Assembly: GCA_050248595.1 (NCBI GenBank)
Contig: JBFWSB010000002.1
Coordinates: 1 to 44,331, forward strand
DNA length: 44,331 bases
Direction of reading: 5' to 3'
Origin: Candidatus Kapaibacterium sp.
GTDB taxonomy: Bacteria; Bacteroidota; Ignavibacteria; OLB7
Shown: piece after piece, positions 9,101 through 16,962 of the stretch
Layout of the letters: each line of letters starts with the position of its first letter
Numbering within the stretch: position 1 is the stretch's first letter
The notes under the pieces: generated by a model
Seen by the model: the letters and a program-made list of their open reading frames with translations, nothing else
Told to the model about the DNA's origin: nothing
The model's database searches: none
Position numbers and translations under genes: made by a program

Positions 9101-10476
9101 TACAACGCCCCTTAGCAACCGTCGTGATCGGAGGGCTTATCTCAGCCACACTCCTTACGCTGATCTTACTGCCGATTATCTACGAACGTTTTGGGGATGA
9201 TCCTTCCACAGCTTCAACAGATGAGAAGGGAAAAGAGAAACGATCTTCACGACTCTGGAAGGGAGGAGTAGGCCTCTTCCTTCTCCTCTGCTTTAGCATA
9301 GGGACGCCTTCACTTTCTGGGCAAACAGTACTGACCCGACAGTTACTGATTGAACGGGGACTGGCCACTTCACCAGAACGGGATCGAGTCCATGCTTCGG
9401 TAGAACGGGTTGATGCAGAAGGGAGAAGTGCAAACATTCTTCCCCCAACTTCTCTCTTCTACGAAGTAGAGGAATATCCGACAGGCTCACTCCCCGGTGA
9501 ACTGACAACATCAATCGGCATCAGTCAACCGTTCCCATTCCCTTCTACCTGGGGGGCAAACAGTCGGGCTAAGCGTGCGGCTTTCTTGGCTGCTGAGGGA
9601 GAACGTGCAGTTGTTGACTGCAACATTGTGGGGAAGGCAAACCAGTTGTGGCTTGACCTAATTCACGCTTCATGGCACTTGAACCTGACCGACACGATGA
9701 CCGCAAACGCTCGGCGCATTGCAGAGATTATCCGCTTCCGCCGCACCGTTGGCGAGATTGACGCTCTGGAGGCAACGCAAGGTGAAATCATTCTCGCCGA
9801 AGCACAGCGCGACTCCATTGCCGCCCACAGTCGCTTTGTTGGAGCAATGCGCCGCGCACGTTCCTTTATGGCCGCTGCTGAGGGTGAAGAATTTGTTCTC
9901 CGGGTTGACTCTATCTCTCTGTTCAAACGGCAGAACCGGGAAGAACTGATAGGTCAACTGCGAGAGCATCATCCTCACCTTCACTTACTTGAACGTCAGA
10001 TTGAAGCACTTGAAGCACGCAACGATGTTCTCCGGGCAAGCCGTCTCCCATCCTTTGAACTCGAGTTGCGAAGCCAGCGAGTGGGGGGAGAAGGGGGATA
10101 TATCGGAGCCGGCATTCGGCTGAACGCTCCGATTACCCGATGGTTTGGCGATCCGAAAGGAGATGCCTTACAAGCTGAGGAAAGAGAGCTTCGGGCGGAG
10201 ATGCGCCAGAGAGAACGTGATTTGATTCGCCAACTGGATGACCTGCTGATTGAACGAGAGGAGAAGGAGGAACTGATTAAGCACTATCAAACAACTCTTC
10301 TGCCGGCAGCACGAAGTGCTTGGCAAATTGGCCTACGCCTCTACCAAGAGGGAGAGATTGGATATCTCGGAGTCGTCTCCGCCCACAACACTCTTGTCAC
10401 TTACGAGCGTGAGTGGTTGGAGAGAGAACTTGATGTAGAGCGGATTGACCTACAGATCGAAGGCTTGGTGAAGTAA
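6115..10476 (+). CDS. czcA: CusA/CzcA-family heavy-metal RND efflux pump fused in frame to a CzcC/TolC-like outer-membrane factor
   Basis: The track ORF starts at GTG 6064. I prefer ATG 6115 (MLNGVIAFSLRHRVLV, a typical CzcA N-terminus).
- aa 1 to ~1027 are a full RND permease, ending LLPIIYERF.
- Next comes the linker DDPSTASTDEKGKEKRSSRLWK and a signal-peptide-like segment GGVGLFLLLCFSIGTPSLSGQ.
- The remaining ~385 aa have OMF character: LTRQLLIERGLATSPERDRV..., coiled-coil-rich, ending LQIEGLVK.
- There is no stop codon and no in-frame ATG/GTG/TTG at the junction (9181-9330). Confidence 0.9.
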   Translation: MLNGVIAFSLRHRVLVLFCTGALVVGGVIAFSRLPIDAVPDITNNQVQILTNAPALSALEIERFVTFPIELSVKSLPDMVELRSLSRPGLSVITVVFEDRVNTYFARQLILEKLREIEETLPDGVERPELGPVSTGLGEIFRYVVRDTTNRYSPMELRTIQDWIVRRELLGADALAEVNSLGGELKQYQILVDPDRLANYDISLRDVFRAATEASDNAGGAYIETGPEQLSVRSVGLTTTVDDIRESVIGAYSDGTPLRIGDVAEVTTGPAIRFGSASQDGRGEVVVGIVMQLKGANARVTDNGVKERIEENKPLLPEGVVIEPFYDREALVDRTIETVLMNLIEGALLVVGILLLFLVSLRAGLIVASVIPLAMCFAGIMMLLSGQSGNLMSLGAIDFGLVVDGSLIIVENILRLMDRRFRDGTSSSITSGEMRQLVYEGSVEVRTAAQFGEIIIIVVYLPIITLQGIEGKLFRPMALTVTFALIGALLLSITYVPAISSLLLRGEKRVRHSPIIEWIRRGYTPLLNWGLRNRPAIIGTAFGLVLLALFGFTRLGGEFIPRLDEGDIAMHLIRLPSISLSESQKIATAVEKELMTFPEVKTVVSHTGRAEVSTDPMGFELADVFIMLREEDEWTTGRTKEELVEAMAERMKKFPGVGTQFLQPIEMRMNELIAGARGDVVVKIFGEAYETLSPAAEKISGIIRTLDGAADVAVEQTRGLSQLVIRPDRNALARYGLSVAEVNHAVGMAVAGEKAGTVYEGEQQFDLVVRYRASARTNVDAIREILVKTPVGALVPLKELASVKIEEGPAQISREGSSRFTTVQANVRGRDVESFVEELREHVEREVELPPGYRIDYGGEFRNLEDASQRLLFVVPIALFLIFALLYQTFGSFRLGLLIFLCIPMSVVGGVAALLIRGMPFSISAGVGFIALFGIAVLNGIVMVAAIRKYQLSGLSRREAVTLGAEERLRPVITTAALAGFGFLPMMLATSAGAEVQRPLATVVIGGLISATLLTLILLPIIYERFGDDPSTASTDEKGKEKRSSRLWKGGVGLFLLLCFSIGTPSLSGQTVLTRQLLIERGLATSPERDRVHASVERVDAEGRSANILPPTSLFYEVEEYPTGSLPGELTTSIGISQPFPFPSTWGANSRAKRAAFLAAEGERAVVDCNIVGKANQLWLDLIHASWHLNLTDTMTANARRIAEIIRFRRTVGEIDALEATQGEIILAEAQRDSIAAHSRFVGAMRRARSFMAAAEGEEFVLRVDSISLFKRQNREELIGQLREHHPHLHLLERQIEALEARNDVLRASRLPSFELELRSQRVGGEGGYIGAGIRLNAPITRWFGDPKGDALQAEERELRAEMRQRERDLIRQLDDLLIEREEKEELIKHYQTTLLPAARSAWQIGLRLYQEGEIGYLGVVSAHNTLVTYEREWLERELDVERIDLQIEGLVK

Positions 10477-10516
10477 AGAACCCTGACATCAACTACAAGA
10501 AGAAAATCAGAACATC

Positions 10517-11728
10517 ATGAAAAAGAGAATTGAGACCATCCCCTACCGATATATCGCAACGATGTTGTTGCTCACACTCTACACACTCTTTCAAATCAGT
10601 TGCCAAAACAACCCAGAAGATGGTGAACACTCCCACGATGACCCACACCACGAGCAGGAGCATGGGGAGGGGGAAGTTGGCGCGGAAGCAGGACACGTAG
10701 ATGTTGACCCTGCCGTTGGGCGAGAGAATGGAATTGAAACGGACATCGTCAGACGTGTGAGTATCCCCGTAGCACTCTCCCTTCCCGGCATCGTTCGTCC
10801 TGAAGAAGATGGGATTGCCCAGGTGGGAACAATTGTTCCGGGTCGGGTGGTAAAACTCTACGCATCGGAAGGGGCGTATGTCTCTCGGGGGGCAACGATA
10901 GCGGAAATCGAAACGCTTGAGATTGGGAAGGCACGAGCAGAATACCTGAACGCGAAGGCACGAGAGGAACAGACTCGGCGGGCACTGGAGCGGCAGGAGA
11001 GGTTGACGGGGGAACAGATCGGGGCGGAGCGGGCACTGGAGGGGGCGAAAGCTGACTACGATCAGGCTGTTGCCGCCCGACAAGAAGCAGAGGCACACCT
11101 GAAGCTCTTCGGCATCGATCCGGTGAAAGCGTCGGCATCGTTTGCAAACCGGATGAGAATTACCGCGCCGATCTCCGGTACAATCTCCAATCGCTCAGTA
11201 ACATTGGGAGAGTTCGTTGACCTTACAGACAATCTCTACACAATTGTCAACACCGCGACAGTTTGGATTGAGGCGAAGGCAACTCCTACACAGGCGGCAT
11301 CACTCACCATCGGTAGTTCGGGGGTTGCCCGTAGTCCCTCCGGCGAAAAAGTCTCGGGACGAGTCACCTTCATTTCACCCCTCGTCGATCCCGAATCCAA
11401 AACTGTCACGGTTCGCTTTTCTGCACCGAACCCCAACGGCATCTTTCGTCCCGGAACGTTTGTCACAACCGAGTTTTCGGGAGATGCTCAGCGGGAGGGG
11501 ATTGCGATTCCGACTGAAGCCCTTGAGCGTGAGGGGGGACGCTTCTATCTCTATCGTGAAGAAGAGCCGAACCACTTTGAGAGAATAGAGGTTGAGGTAG
11601 AGGAAGAACTTGAAGATCGAACGATTGTGCGGGCCGGAGTTGCCGAAGGAGATCGCATCGCGGTGAAGGGGGTCTTCTATCTTCGCTCAATGCGCTCCGC
11701 CGGAGAGTTGAGCGAGCACCACCATTAG
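10517..11728 (+). CDS. czcB: Efflux RND periplasmic adaptor (membrane fusion protein, CzcB/HlyD family) with a His-rich N-terminal tract
   Basis: 403 aa. It has an N-terminal signal/anchor, a His/Asp/Glu tract (EDGEHSHDDPHHEQEHGEGE), a coiled-coil hairpin (EIGKARAEYLNAKAREEQTRRALERQERL...) and the MFP signature ITAPISGTISNRSVTLGEFVD. It starts 41 nt after the pump gene. Confidence 0.9.
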   Translation: MKKRIETIPYRYIATMLLLTLYTLFQISCQNNPEDGEHSHDDPHHEQEHGEGEVGAEAGHVDVDPAVGRENGIETDIVRRVSIPVALSLPGIVRPEEDGIAQVGTIVPGRVVKLYASEGAYVSRGATIAEIETLEIGKARAEYLNAKAREEQTRRALERQERLTGEQIGAERALEGAKADYDQAVAARQEAEAHLKLFGIDPVKASASFANRMRITAPISGTISNRSVTLGEFVDLTDNLYTIVNTATVWIEAKATPTQAASLTIGSSGVARSPSGEKVSGRVTFISPLVDPESKTVTVRFSAPNPNGIFRPGTFVTTEFSGDAQREGIAIPTEALEREGGRFYLYREEEPNHFERIEVEVEEELEDRTIVRAGVAEGDRIAVKGVFYLRSMRSAGELSEHHH

Positions 11729-11737
11729 GGTTATTTC

Positions 11738-11765
11738 GCAGGGGGCAAAGATTTTTGCCCCCTGC
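11738..11765 (+). terminator. Stem-loop 3' of czcB
   Basis: gcagggggcaa / ttgccccctgc form an 11-bp perfect stem around an A/T-rich loop, starting 10 nt after the czcB stop. There is no long T-run after the stem, so the intrinsic-terminator call is tentative. Confidence 0.55.
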
Positions 11766-12110
11766 GAACCACACACGAAACGCTTGCAATTCCTTCAGTG
11801 ATGCCCTACCTTTACGTCTTCTCTTACTAAAGAGAAGATTCTACACGTTGAACCACGCCTGAACTACGCGGGGAGGAATGATCCCCGATACTATTCCTTC
11901 CCACACGAAGTGATACTTCGCGGCAACACTGTATAGGCTGAATCGGAAAACGGTGGAACGTAGGAGTGCCAAAAGCCACCACTGATCCGGGAACCGTAGC
12001 AACCACGCCGAACAGAGGAGAAGAGTTCTTTTCCTCCTCTCGACTTTGCAGAATTCTGAAAAGAAACCACGCAGAACGAAGATCATATACCACAATTCAG
12101 GAGATTCAAT

Positions 12111-15100
12111 ATGAAGAAGAGTCTACTTCTTGCGTTAGCATCTGTGATGGCAGTTGCAGGGTTGTGGCTTCTACAGCCAACCGACGTAGAGGCGTGCGGG
12201 GGAACTTCGAACCCACCACGCTGTAATCGAACAATCTGGCTCGGGAAGTCAGTTCCACACACAGTCGCTATCCGTCCAGATGGAAGCGCGACGATTACTA
12301 TGGTGCTCCTCCCCTACATTTCGTGGGACAGGAATTGTCCAAACCCGAACGCAGCCTCTCTTTCAATTTCTCTTCGATGCCTTCCCGTAGGGGGTGGGCA
12401 AGCTGCCGCACTTGGGCCAATTACTGTTCAGGTAGGGACACCATCACAGCCGGGACGCCAACGCTTGGCTAATGGAACGAATACGTTTACCCTTCAAGCC
12501 CCCGCCGGTACGTTCAATCCAAGTATCCGATATCGCTGCCTGATTACTGGCACGTACAACGTCGGTTTCCCCTCTACTCCGAATGCCCCCCTCCCCTCTC
12601 CAATAATTACTGGCGTCGGCGATGCCACAGTCTGCATGGTTCCAGAATCTCCACTAAGCAAGGGGAACGATATTCCCGAACTGAGCGTGAGGCAGATTAC
12701 ACCGGACAACAGTGAATTCCTTCGATGCCGTCGCGGCGACCAAGGGTTGATACACGTACTGGTGGAGAACAATCATCCAACGCAGAGTGTGACGCTGGAC
12801 CTTACGAGCGTGGGACGCCAAACTGCCGGACTTCCACTCGGCTTCTCGAACCTGCAAGCTGCATACGACAGTAGCGTCAGCGCAATTTCCAACCCAACAC
12901 CTGGAACCGACGTCTTCCCAGTTGCCTTTGCCGACACAATGGCTCCGAGCACAGTCTTGCCAGATGGAGACCCTTCTGCGGTCGACCCACAGGAACTGAA
13001 CAGAACGATTACGCTCGGCCCGTGCGAGTCGCGCATTATCACGATAGCCATTCGGAGCCACGGCATGTGTGCCGACGGTTCGTGCAACGAACGAGATATG
13101 ATCTTTGCCGGAACGTGGCAGAACGGCGATTCCGCAATTGGGTGTGCAAGTACTATGCTGCTTGTTGAATCTGTAAAATCGAAAACCCCACTCTGCGAAG
13201 TTCTGGACGAACTAAAAGTCTCTGACTCGGTACAAGCCCGGTTCAGTTCGGCACAGTACGTTGGCTTTCAAGGGCAGATTGAACACGCCTCAACCCACTT
13301 CGCCGGGAACGTAACTCCGCGAGAGCAGGTGCGGGCTACCGACTTAGCCGGAAGTGCCATCCCGGTAAACTTCCCACTCCCTACAAACGCAGCCGATTAC
13401 ATTCGCACCCCGGAGGTGTTAGTAAACACTGGCTACGTGCTACAAGGACGAGCACTCTGGCTCGACTTGGTTCCATTCCAGAATAATGTGACCATCTTCA
13501 ACCTCAACCAAGCAACGAAGGCTGTGGAGATACCCTATATCGTCGGCTCGCCGTCGCAGGCAGGATTTAATATCTCCTACAATGCTGGGAACGATAGCAT
13601 TACAGTTCTGGATGGGCAAGGGAAACAGGTATTCCGCGGAACGCTCACGAACCTAAAGGCAAACCCCCCTCGTGGGTTGCGTGTGGACGTGAACACGTGC
13701 CGCCGCTTTACTAAGCGAGAGAATTATGGCGGAGCACCCTGGCTTGTCAGCCTTCCGAAAAGTCTGAGCAAACTGCTAAGCCAGACATCGGTAAAGAATA
13801 TGCGCGAGCCAATACAGATTTTGGAGGGATTGCGAGAGGAGGATATTGCGTGGGACTTCAACGTGCGAGGGAGTGGGGTGAACGTAGAGAGGAGTAAAGA
13901 CAACTTGGCTGTCTTTGTCTTCGAGCCACAAGAGATTCAAGCACCGGCAAACAGAACAGCGGTGATCTGGACGGAGTTTACGTCGAAGGAAGCAATCAAC
14001 ACTCCTCTCCTATTTCCTATTGCCGTCAGAGTAAAACCGCTCCCTGAACCACTTACCGAGATAACGCTGGAACAGGTTGACTTCATTGCTCCGTTCAACA
14101 GACCGAACTCTCACCAAGGGATATTCTCAGCTACATACGATCCGGTTCCCCGCTTGCAGTTCCTGAACGTTGTTGCTCGGCGTCCGGGAGTTCCACGTTC
14201 GGAGAGTTGGATTGTGCAGAATATGCCGCTGATGCCTTTCAGCAGATCGGAGATGGTAACCTATTGGTTCGACCTTGCCGACCTCGGCTTACCTGATGGA
14301 GTTGATGTGGAGTTGCTCGACATTTCCGTTACTGTAGGAGATGATCTCCTTACAGCTATACCAGCATCCCCCCTCTACATACCGATCGACGTTGGGGATT
14401 TTGTTTACGATGTCTACGATGGCGCACCGGAGCTTACTCCCGATCCGTTCCGAACGACACGACTTCCTGAAATCAAGTGGCCGAAGCTCACGACAGTCGA
14501 TACAGTCTACCGAGGCTGCAACGTTCCGAACATCGACTTGGATTCTTCACGGTTCAACCCGACTTCACGCCCCGGCTACGCTGGCGACAAGAATGCTTGC
14601 GGTCCGGCAGCAGCATCGAATAGTCTGGTTTGGTTGCAACGAACACATCCAAAAATTGACTCTTCACTCGGTCACCGAGATATGACCGAAGAGCTGAGTA
14701 AGCTGATGGGACGGCAGAATGAGCTTGGCGTGAATACGCTGCAACTTGTGCGAGGCAAACTTGCGTTGATCGACAAGTACAAACTTCCAATTCGTGTGAA
14801 GTTCCAGAGCAAGTGGTTCAGAAAGGATACGAACGTTGCCTCACCCGATACTACATACCGCCACGAAGGCCGGAACGACAATGGATCAGATAATGCGTGG
14901 CCAACGTGGGATTATTTCTGGGGAGAGATGAACCACGGTGAAGATGTGGAGATTCTCTTCGGCTGGTACGACAGCACAGGAACGCGGCGTGGAGGGCACT
15001 GGGTTGTTGCCTCTGGAGCGATTAACCTGAACGGTCAAGTCCGCCGACTTTGGGTGAAGGATGATAAGAGACAGCGTGACTCCGGAGGGACACGCCAGCA

Positions 15101-16760
15101 ACTGCTAACGTGGGATACGACGGCGCAGGGCATTCCGGTCTTGCGAGGCTGGGCAAACACAACGAGAGAACTCCGCATTGAGAGTGTTGTCTCCGAGAGC
15201 TACGATTCAACTATCACATTCCCGAACGCGCCAACCGAAGGTATCCGGTTCTCGCAGTTCAACTTTGTGGAGCCGTTCAACGTACCTCGCTCCCCACTTG
15301 GGAAGATGACCTGGACAACGGAGCCGGGGAACAGGACGAGGTTCCTCAATGTATACGCCCGAAAGACATTGGACGATCCTCCCGTCTGGCTTGTGCGCAA
15401 CATGGTGCTCCCTCCATTCTCTCTCTCTGAAGAGATCGACTACTGGATTGACTTCACACAACTCGGCTTTGCAAGGGGAGAACGGGTTGAAGGATTTTGG
15501 ATGTTGCCAGAAGTCAACGACGAAGTTCTGGTTGCGTTCACACCTGGATCACTTTCCGATAAATGGGAAGAGCATACCGTTTCACCATTTGATTATGCTG
15601 TCGGCTCCGGCTACACGCCGAACGCATCGACAGTTCCAGGATTTGGCAATCCTCCTTCTGGAGGGTTCGGCAGACCAGCCCGCGTTGATTCGACGTATCG
15701 GGGATGTACGATCCCGAACATCGACCTCGATTCTTCCAGAAACCGACCAAGCTCTTCCACCGGCTACGCTGGCGACTGGAATGCTTGCGCTCCTGCTGGC
15801 TGTGCGAATAGTTTGGAGTGGTTGATTGCGAACAATCCGAACTTGAATCTAAACAGAACACATCGTGAGAAACTGGAGGAGCTGAGTGCTCTGATGAAAC
15901 GGACGGCTGGGAATGGTGCGGGGGATCAAGGTGTGATTGAAGCAAAACTTGCCTTCATCGACCGACACAAGCTCCCGATTCACGTAAAGTTCCAGTGCCG
16001 TTGGCTTGGAACAGACAACATTAACTCTCCCGATACAACGGGAAGCAATGGCGACCCAAATCGTGGTGGATATGGCCACAAGGGGGAGAACAGGAAGAGT
16101 AGTGCAAACGACTGGCCAACGTGGAGCTTCTTGGAGAACGAGATGAAGAATAATGAGGATGTGGAACTCGGGATTATCTGGTACACGCGGTCTGGAAGAC
16201 CAACCGGCAAAGCCCACATCGTCACGGCAAGTGGAGTGAGTACTGCGAACGGCAGACGGAGGATTTGGTTCAAAGATGACCAGGATCAGAGGAGGAGTGG
16301 AGGGATGTCGCAGACGCAGGCCACGTGGGATACGACAAGTTTCGGTGCGGGAATTATCCCCGAGCTGTCGCTTGGCGACACGATTGCCTATATCTCGTCG
16401 ATATTCTCCGAGAGCTACGACCCGAGCGTTCGATTCGACACGATAGCCGGAACAAGTTCGGTTCCAGTAATCGGCAACGCTCCCGACTTCAAGCTCACGA
16501 TTCTACGCAACCCAAGCAGTTCAAGTGAATCGGTTGAGTTCCTCTTCACGCTACCGCGACCGGCAGATGCCGAGGTGGTGATCTACGATCTGTTAGGGCA
16601 TGAGATATACTCTCTCCCGGCAGAATCATTTGAAGCTGGAATACATCGCTTAGAGTGGAATGGCAGAGAAGAGGGAGGAGCAAAGACCGCGGCGGGAACA
16701 TACTTCGTAGTTCTCCGCGTCGGCGACGCCGAACAGACTGCGCGGATGGTAAGAGAGTAG
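12111..16760 (+). CDS. Giant T9SS cargo protein with two tandem papain-like (C39-like) Cys/His modules
   Basis: 1549 aa. An AGGAG lies ~9 nt upstream of the ATG, and the signal peptide is MKKSLLLALASVMAVAGLWLL. aa 651-1043 and 1044 to ~1440 are tandem copies of a ~393-aa module. Each copy contains:
- YRGC.[VI]PNIDLDSSR...GYAGD.NAC.PA..ANSL.WL (Cys830, Cys1226)
- a downstream G.H[WI]V.ASG (His963, His1369)
- KDD..QR.SGG
- a closing SESYD
The last ~90 aa (VEFLFTLPRPADAEVVIYDLLGHEIY...GTYFVVLRVG) form a T9SS sorting domain. Confidence 0.85.
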   Translation: MKKSLLLALASVMAVAGLWLLQPTDVEACGGTSNPPRCNRTIWLGKSVPHTVAIRPDGSATITMVLLPYISWDRNCPNPNAASLSISLRCLPVGGGQAAALGPITVQVGTPSQPGRQRLANGTNTFTLQAPAGTFNPSIRYRCLITGTYNVGFPSTPNAPLPSPIITGVGDATVCMVPESPLSKGNDIPELSVRQITPDNSEFLRCRRGDQGLIHVLVENNHPTQSVTLDLTSVGRQTAGLPLGFSNLQAAYDSSVSAISNPTPGTDVFPVAFADTMAPSTVLPDGDPSAVDPQELNRTITLGPCESRIITIAIRSHGMCADGSCNERDMIFAGTWQNGDSAIGCASTMLLVESVKSKTPLCEVLDELKVSDSVQARFSSAQYVGFQGQIEHASTHFAGNVTPREQVRATDLAGSAIPVNFPLPTNAADYIRTPEVLVNTGYVLQGRALWLDLVPFQNNVTIFNLNQATKAVEIPYIVGSPSQAGFNISYNAGNDSITVLDGQGKQVFRGTLTNLKANPPRGLRVDVNTCRRFTKRENYGGAPWLVSLPKSLSKLLSQTSVKNMREPIQILEGLREEDIAWDFNVRGSGVNVERSKDNLAVFVFEPQEIQAPANRTAVIWTEFTSKEAINTPLLFPIAVRVKPLPEPLTEITLEQVDFIAPFNRPNSHQGIFSATYDPVPRLQFLNVVARRPGVPRSESWIVQNMPLMPFSRSEMVTYWFDLADLGLPDGVDVELLDISVTVGDDLLTAIPASPLYIPIDVGDFVYDVYDGAPELTPDPFRTTRLPEIKWPKLTTVDTVYRGCNVPNIDLDSSRFNPTSRPGYAGDKNACGPAAASNSLVWLQRTHPKIDSSLGHRDMTEELSKLMGRQNELGVNTLQLVRGKLALIDKYKLPIRVKFQSKWFRKDTNVASPDTTYRHEGRNDNGSDNAWPTWDYFWGEMNHGEDVEILFGWYDSTGTRRGGHWVVASGAINLNGQVRRLWVKDDKRQRDSGGTRQQLLTWDTTAQGIPVLRGWANTTRELRIESVVSESYDSTITFPNAPTEGIRFSQFNFVEPFNVPRSPLGKMTWTTEPGNRTRFLNVYARKTLDDPPVWLVRNMVLPPFSLSEEIDYWIDFTQLGFARGERVEGFWMLPEVNDEVLVAFTPGSLSDKWEEHTVSPFDYAVGSGYTPNASTVPGFGNPPSGGFGRPARVDSTYRGCTIPNIDLDSSRNRPSSSTGYAGDWNACAPAGCANSLEWLIANNPNLNLNRTHREKLEELSALMKRTAGNGAGDQGVIEAKLAFIDRHKLPIHVKFQCRWLGTDNINSPDTTGSNGDPNRGGYGHKGENRKSSANDWPTWSFLENEMKNNEDVELGIIWYTRSGRPTGKAHIVTASGVSTANGRRRIWFKDDQDQRRSGGMSQTQATWDTTSFGAGIIPELSLGDTIAYISSIFSESYDPSVRFDTIAGTSSVPVIGNAPDFKLTILRNPSSSSESVEFLFTLPRPADAEVVIYDLLGHEIYSLPAESFEAGIHRLEWNGREEGGAKTAAGTYFVVLRVGDAEQTARMVRE

Positions 16761-16793
16761 AAGATAAACGTGTCGATAGCAATCACAACTGAG

Positions 16794-16828
16794 AAGAGAG
16801 GGATGGTAGGTTAATACCATCCCTCTTT
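16794..16828 (+). terminator. Intrinsic terminator after the 1549-aa gene
   Basis: The stem gagggatggta / taccatccctc (one bulged G) closes the loop ggttaa and is followed by the T-rich tctttctccttt. It begins 34 nt after the stop. Confidence 0.65.
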
Positions 16829-16872
16829 CTCCTTTGCGCCTTCTGCCTCTTTGCGCCTTTGCGTGATCTCTC
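16829..16872. repeat. cgcaaagg-type short intergenic element
   Basis: The sequence is ctcctttgcgccttctgcctctttgcgcctttgcgtgatctctc. Its reverse complement (gagagatcacgcaaaggcgcaaag...cgcaaaggag) shares atcacgcaaag and cgcaaaggag with 34774-34812. Confidence 0.5.
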
Positions 16873-16962
16873 CCGAGCAAAATCACCGCGGAGGAACGGA
16901 GAGTTTCTTTCTGAAATGCAGTATACTTGCGGTTTACTCTTTCAATGAATTTCTGATATGCT

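Noticed and set aside
9181-9330. The CzcA-CzcC junction as a simple annotation or assembly artefact
   Set aside because: This is not fully rejected. In the given sequence the frame is continuous, there is no alternative start, and the signal-like segment is well formed. I therefore report it as a real fusion pending read-level verification.
10493-11147. 201-aa and 132-aa minus-strand ORFs
   Set aside because: They lie entirely antisense to the well-supported czcB gene. Their composition is Pro/Arg/Ser-rich, typical of shadow ORFs.
11827-12226. Small ORFs (84-88 aa) in the czcB to 12111 intergenic region
   Set aside because: They overlap one another in different frames. None has an RBS or a motif. 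One runs into the well-supported 12111 start.
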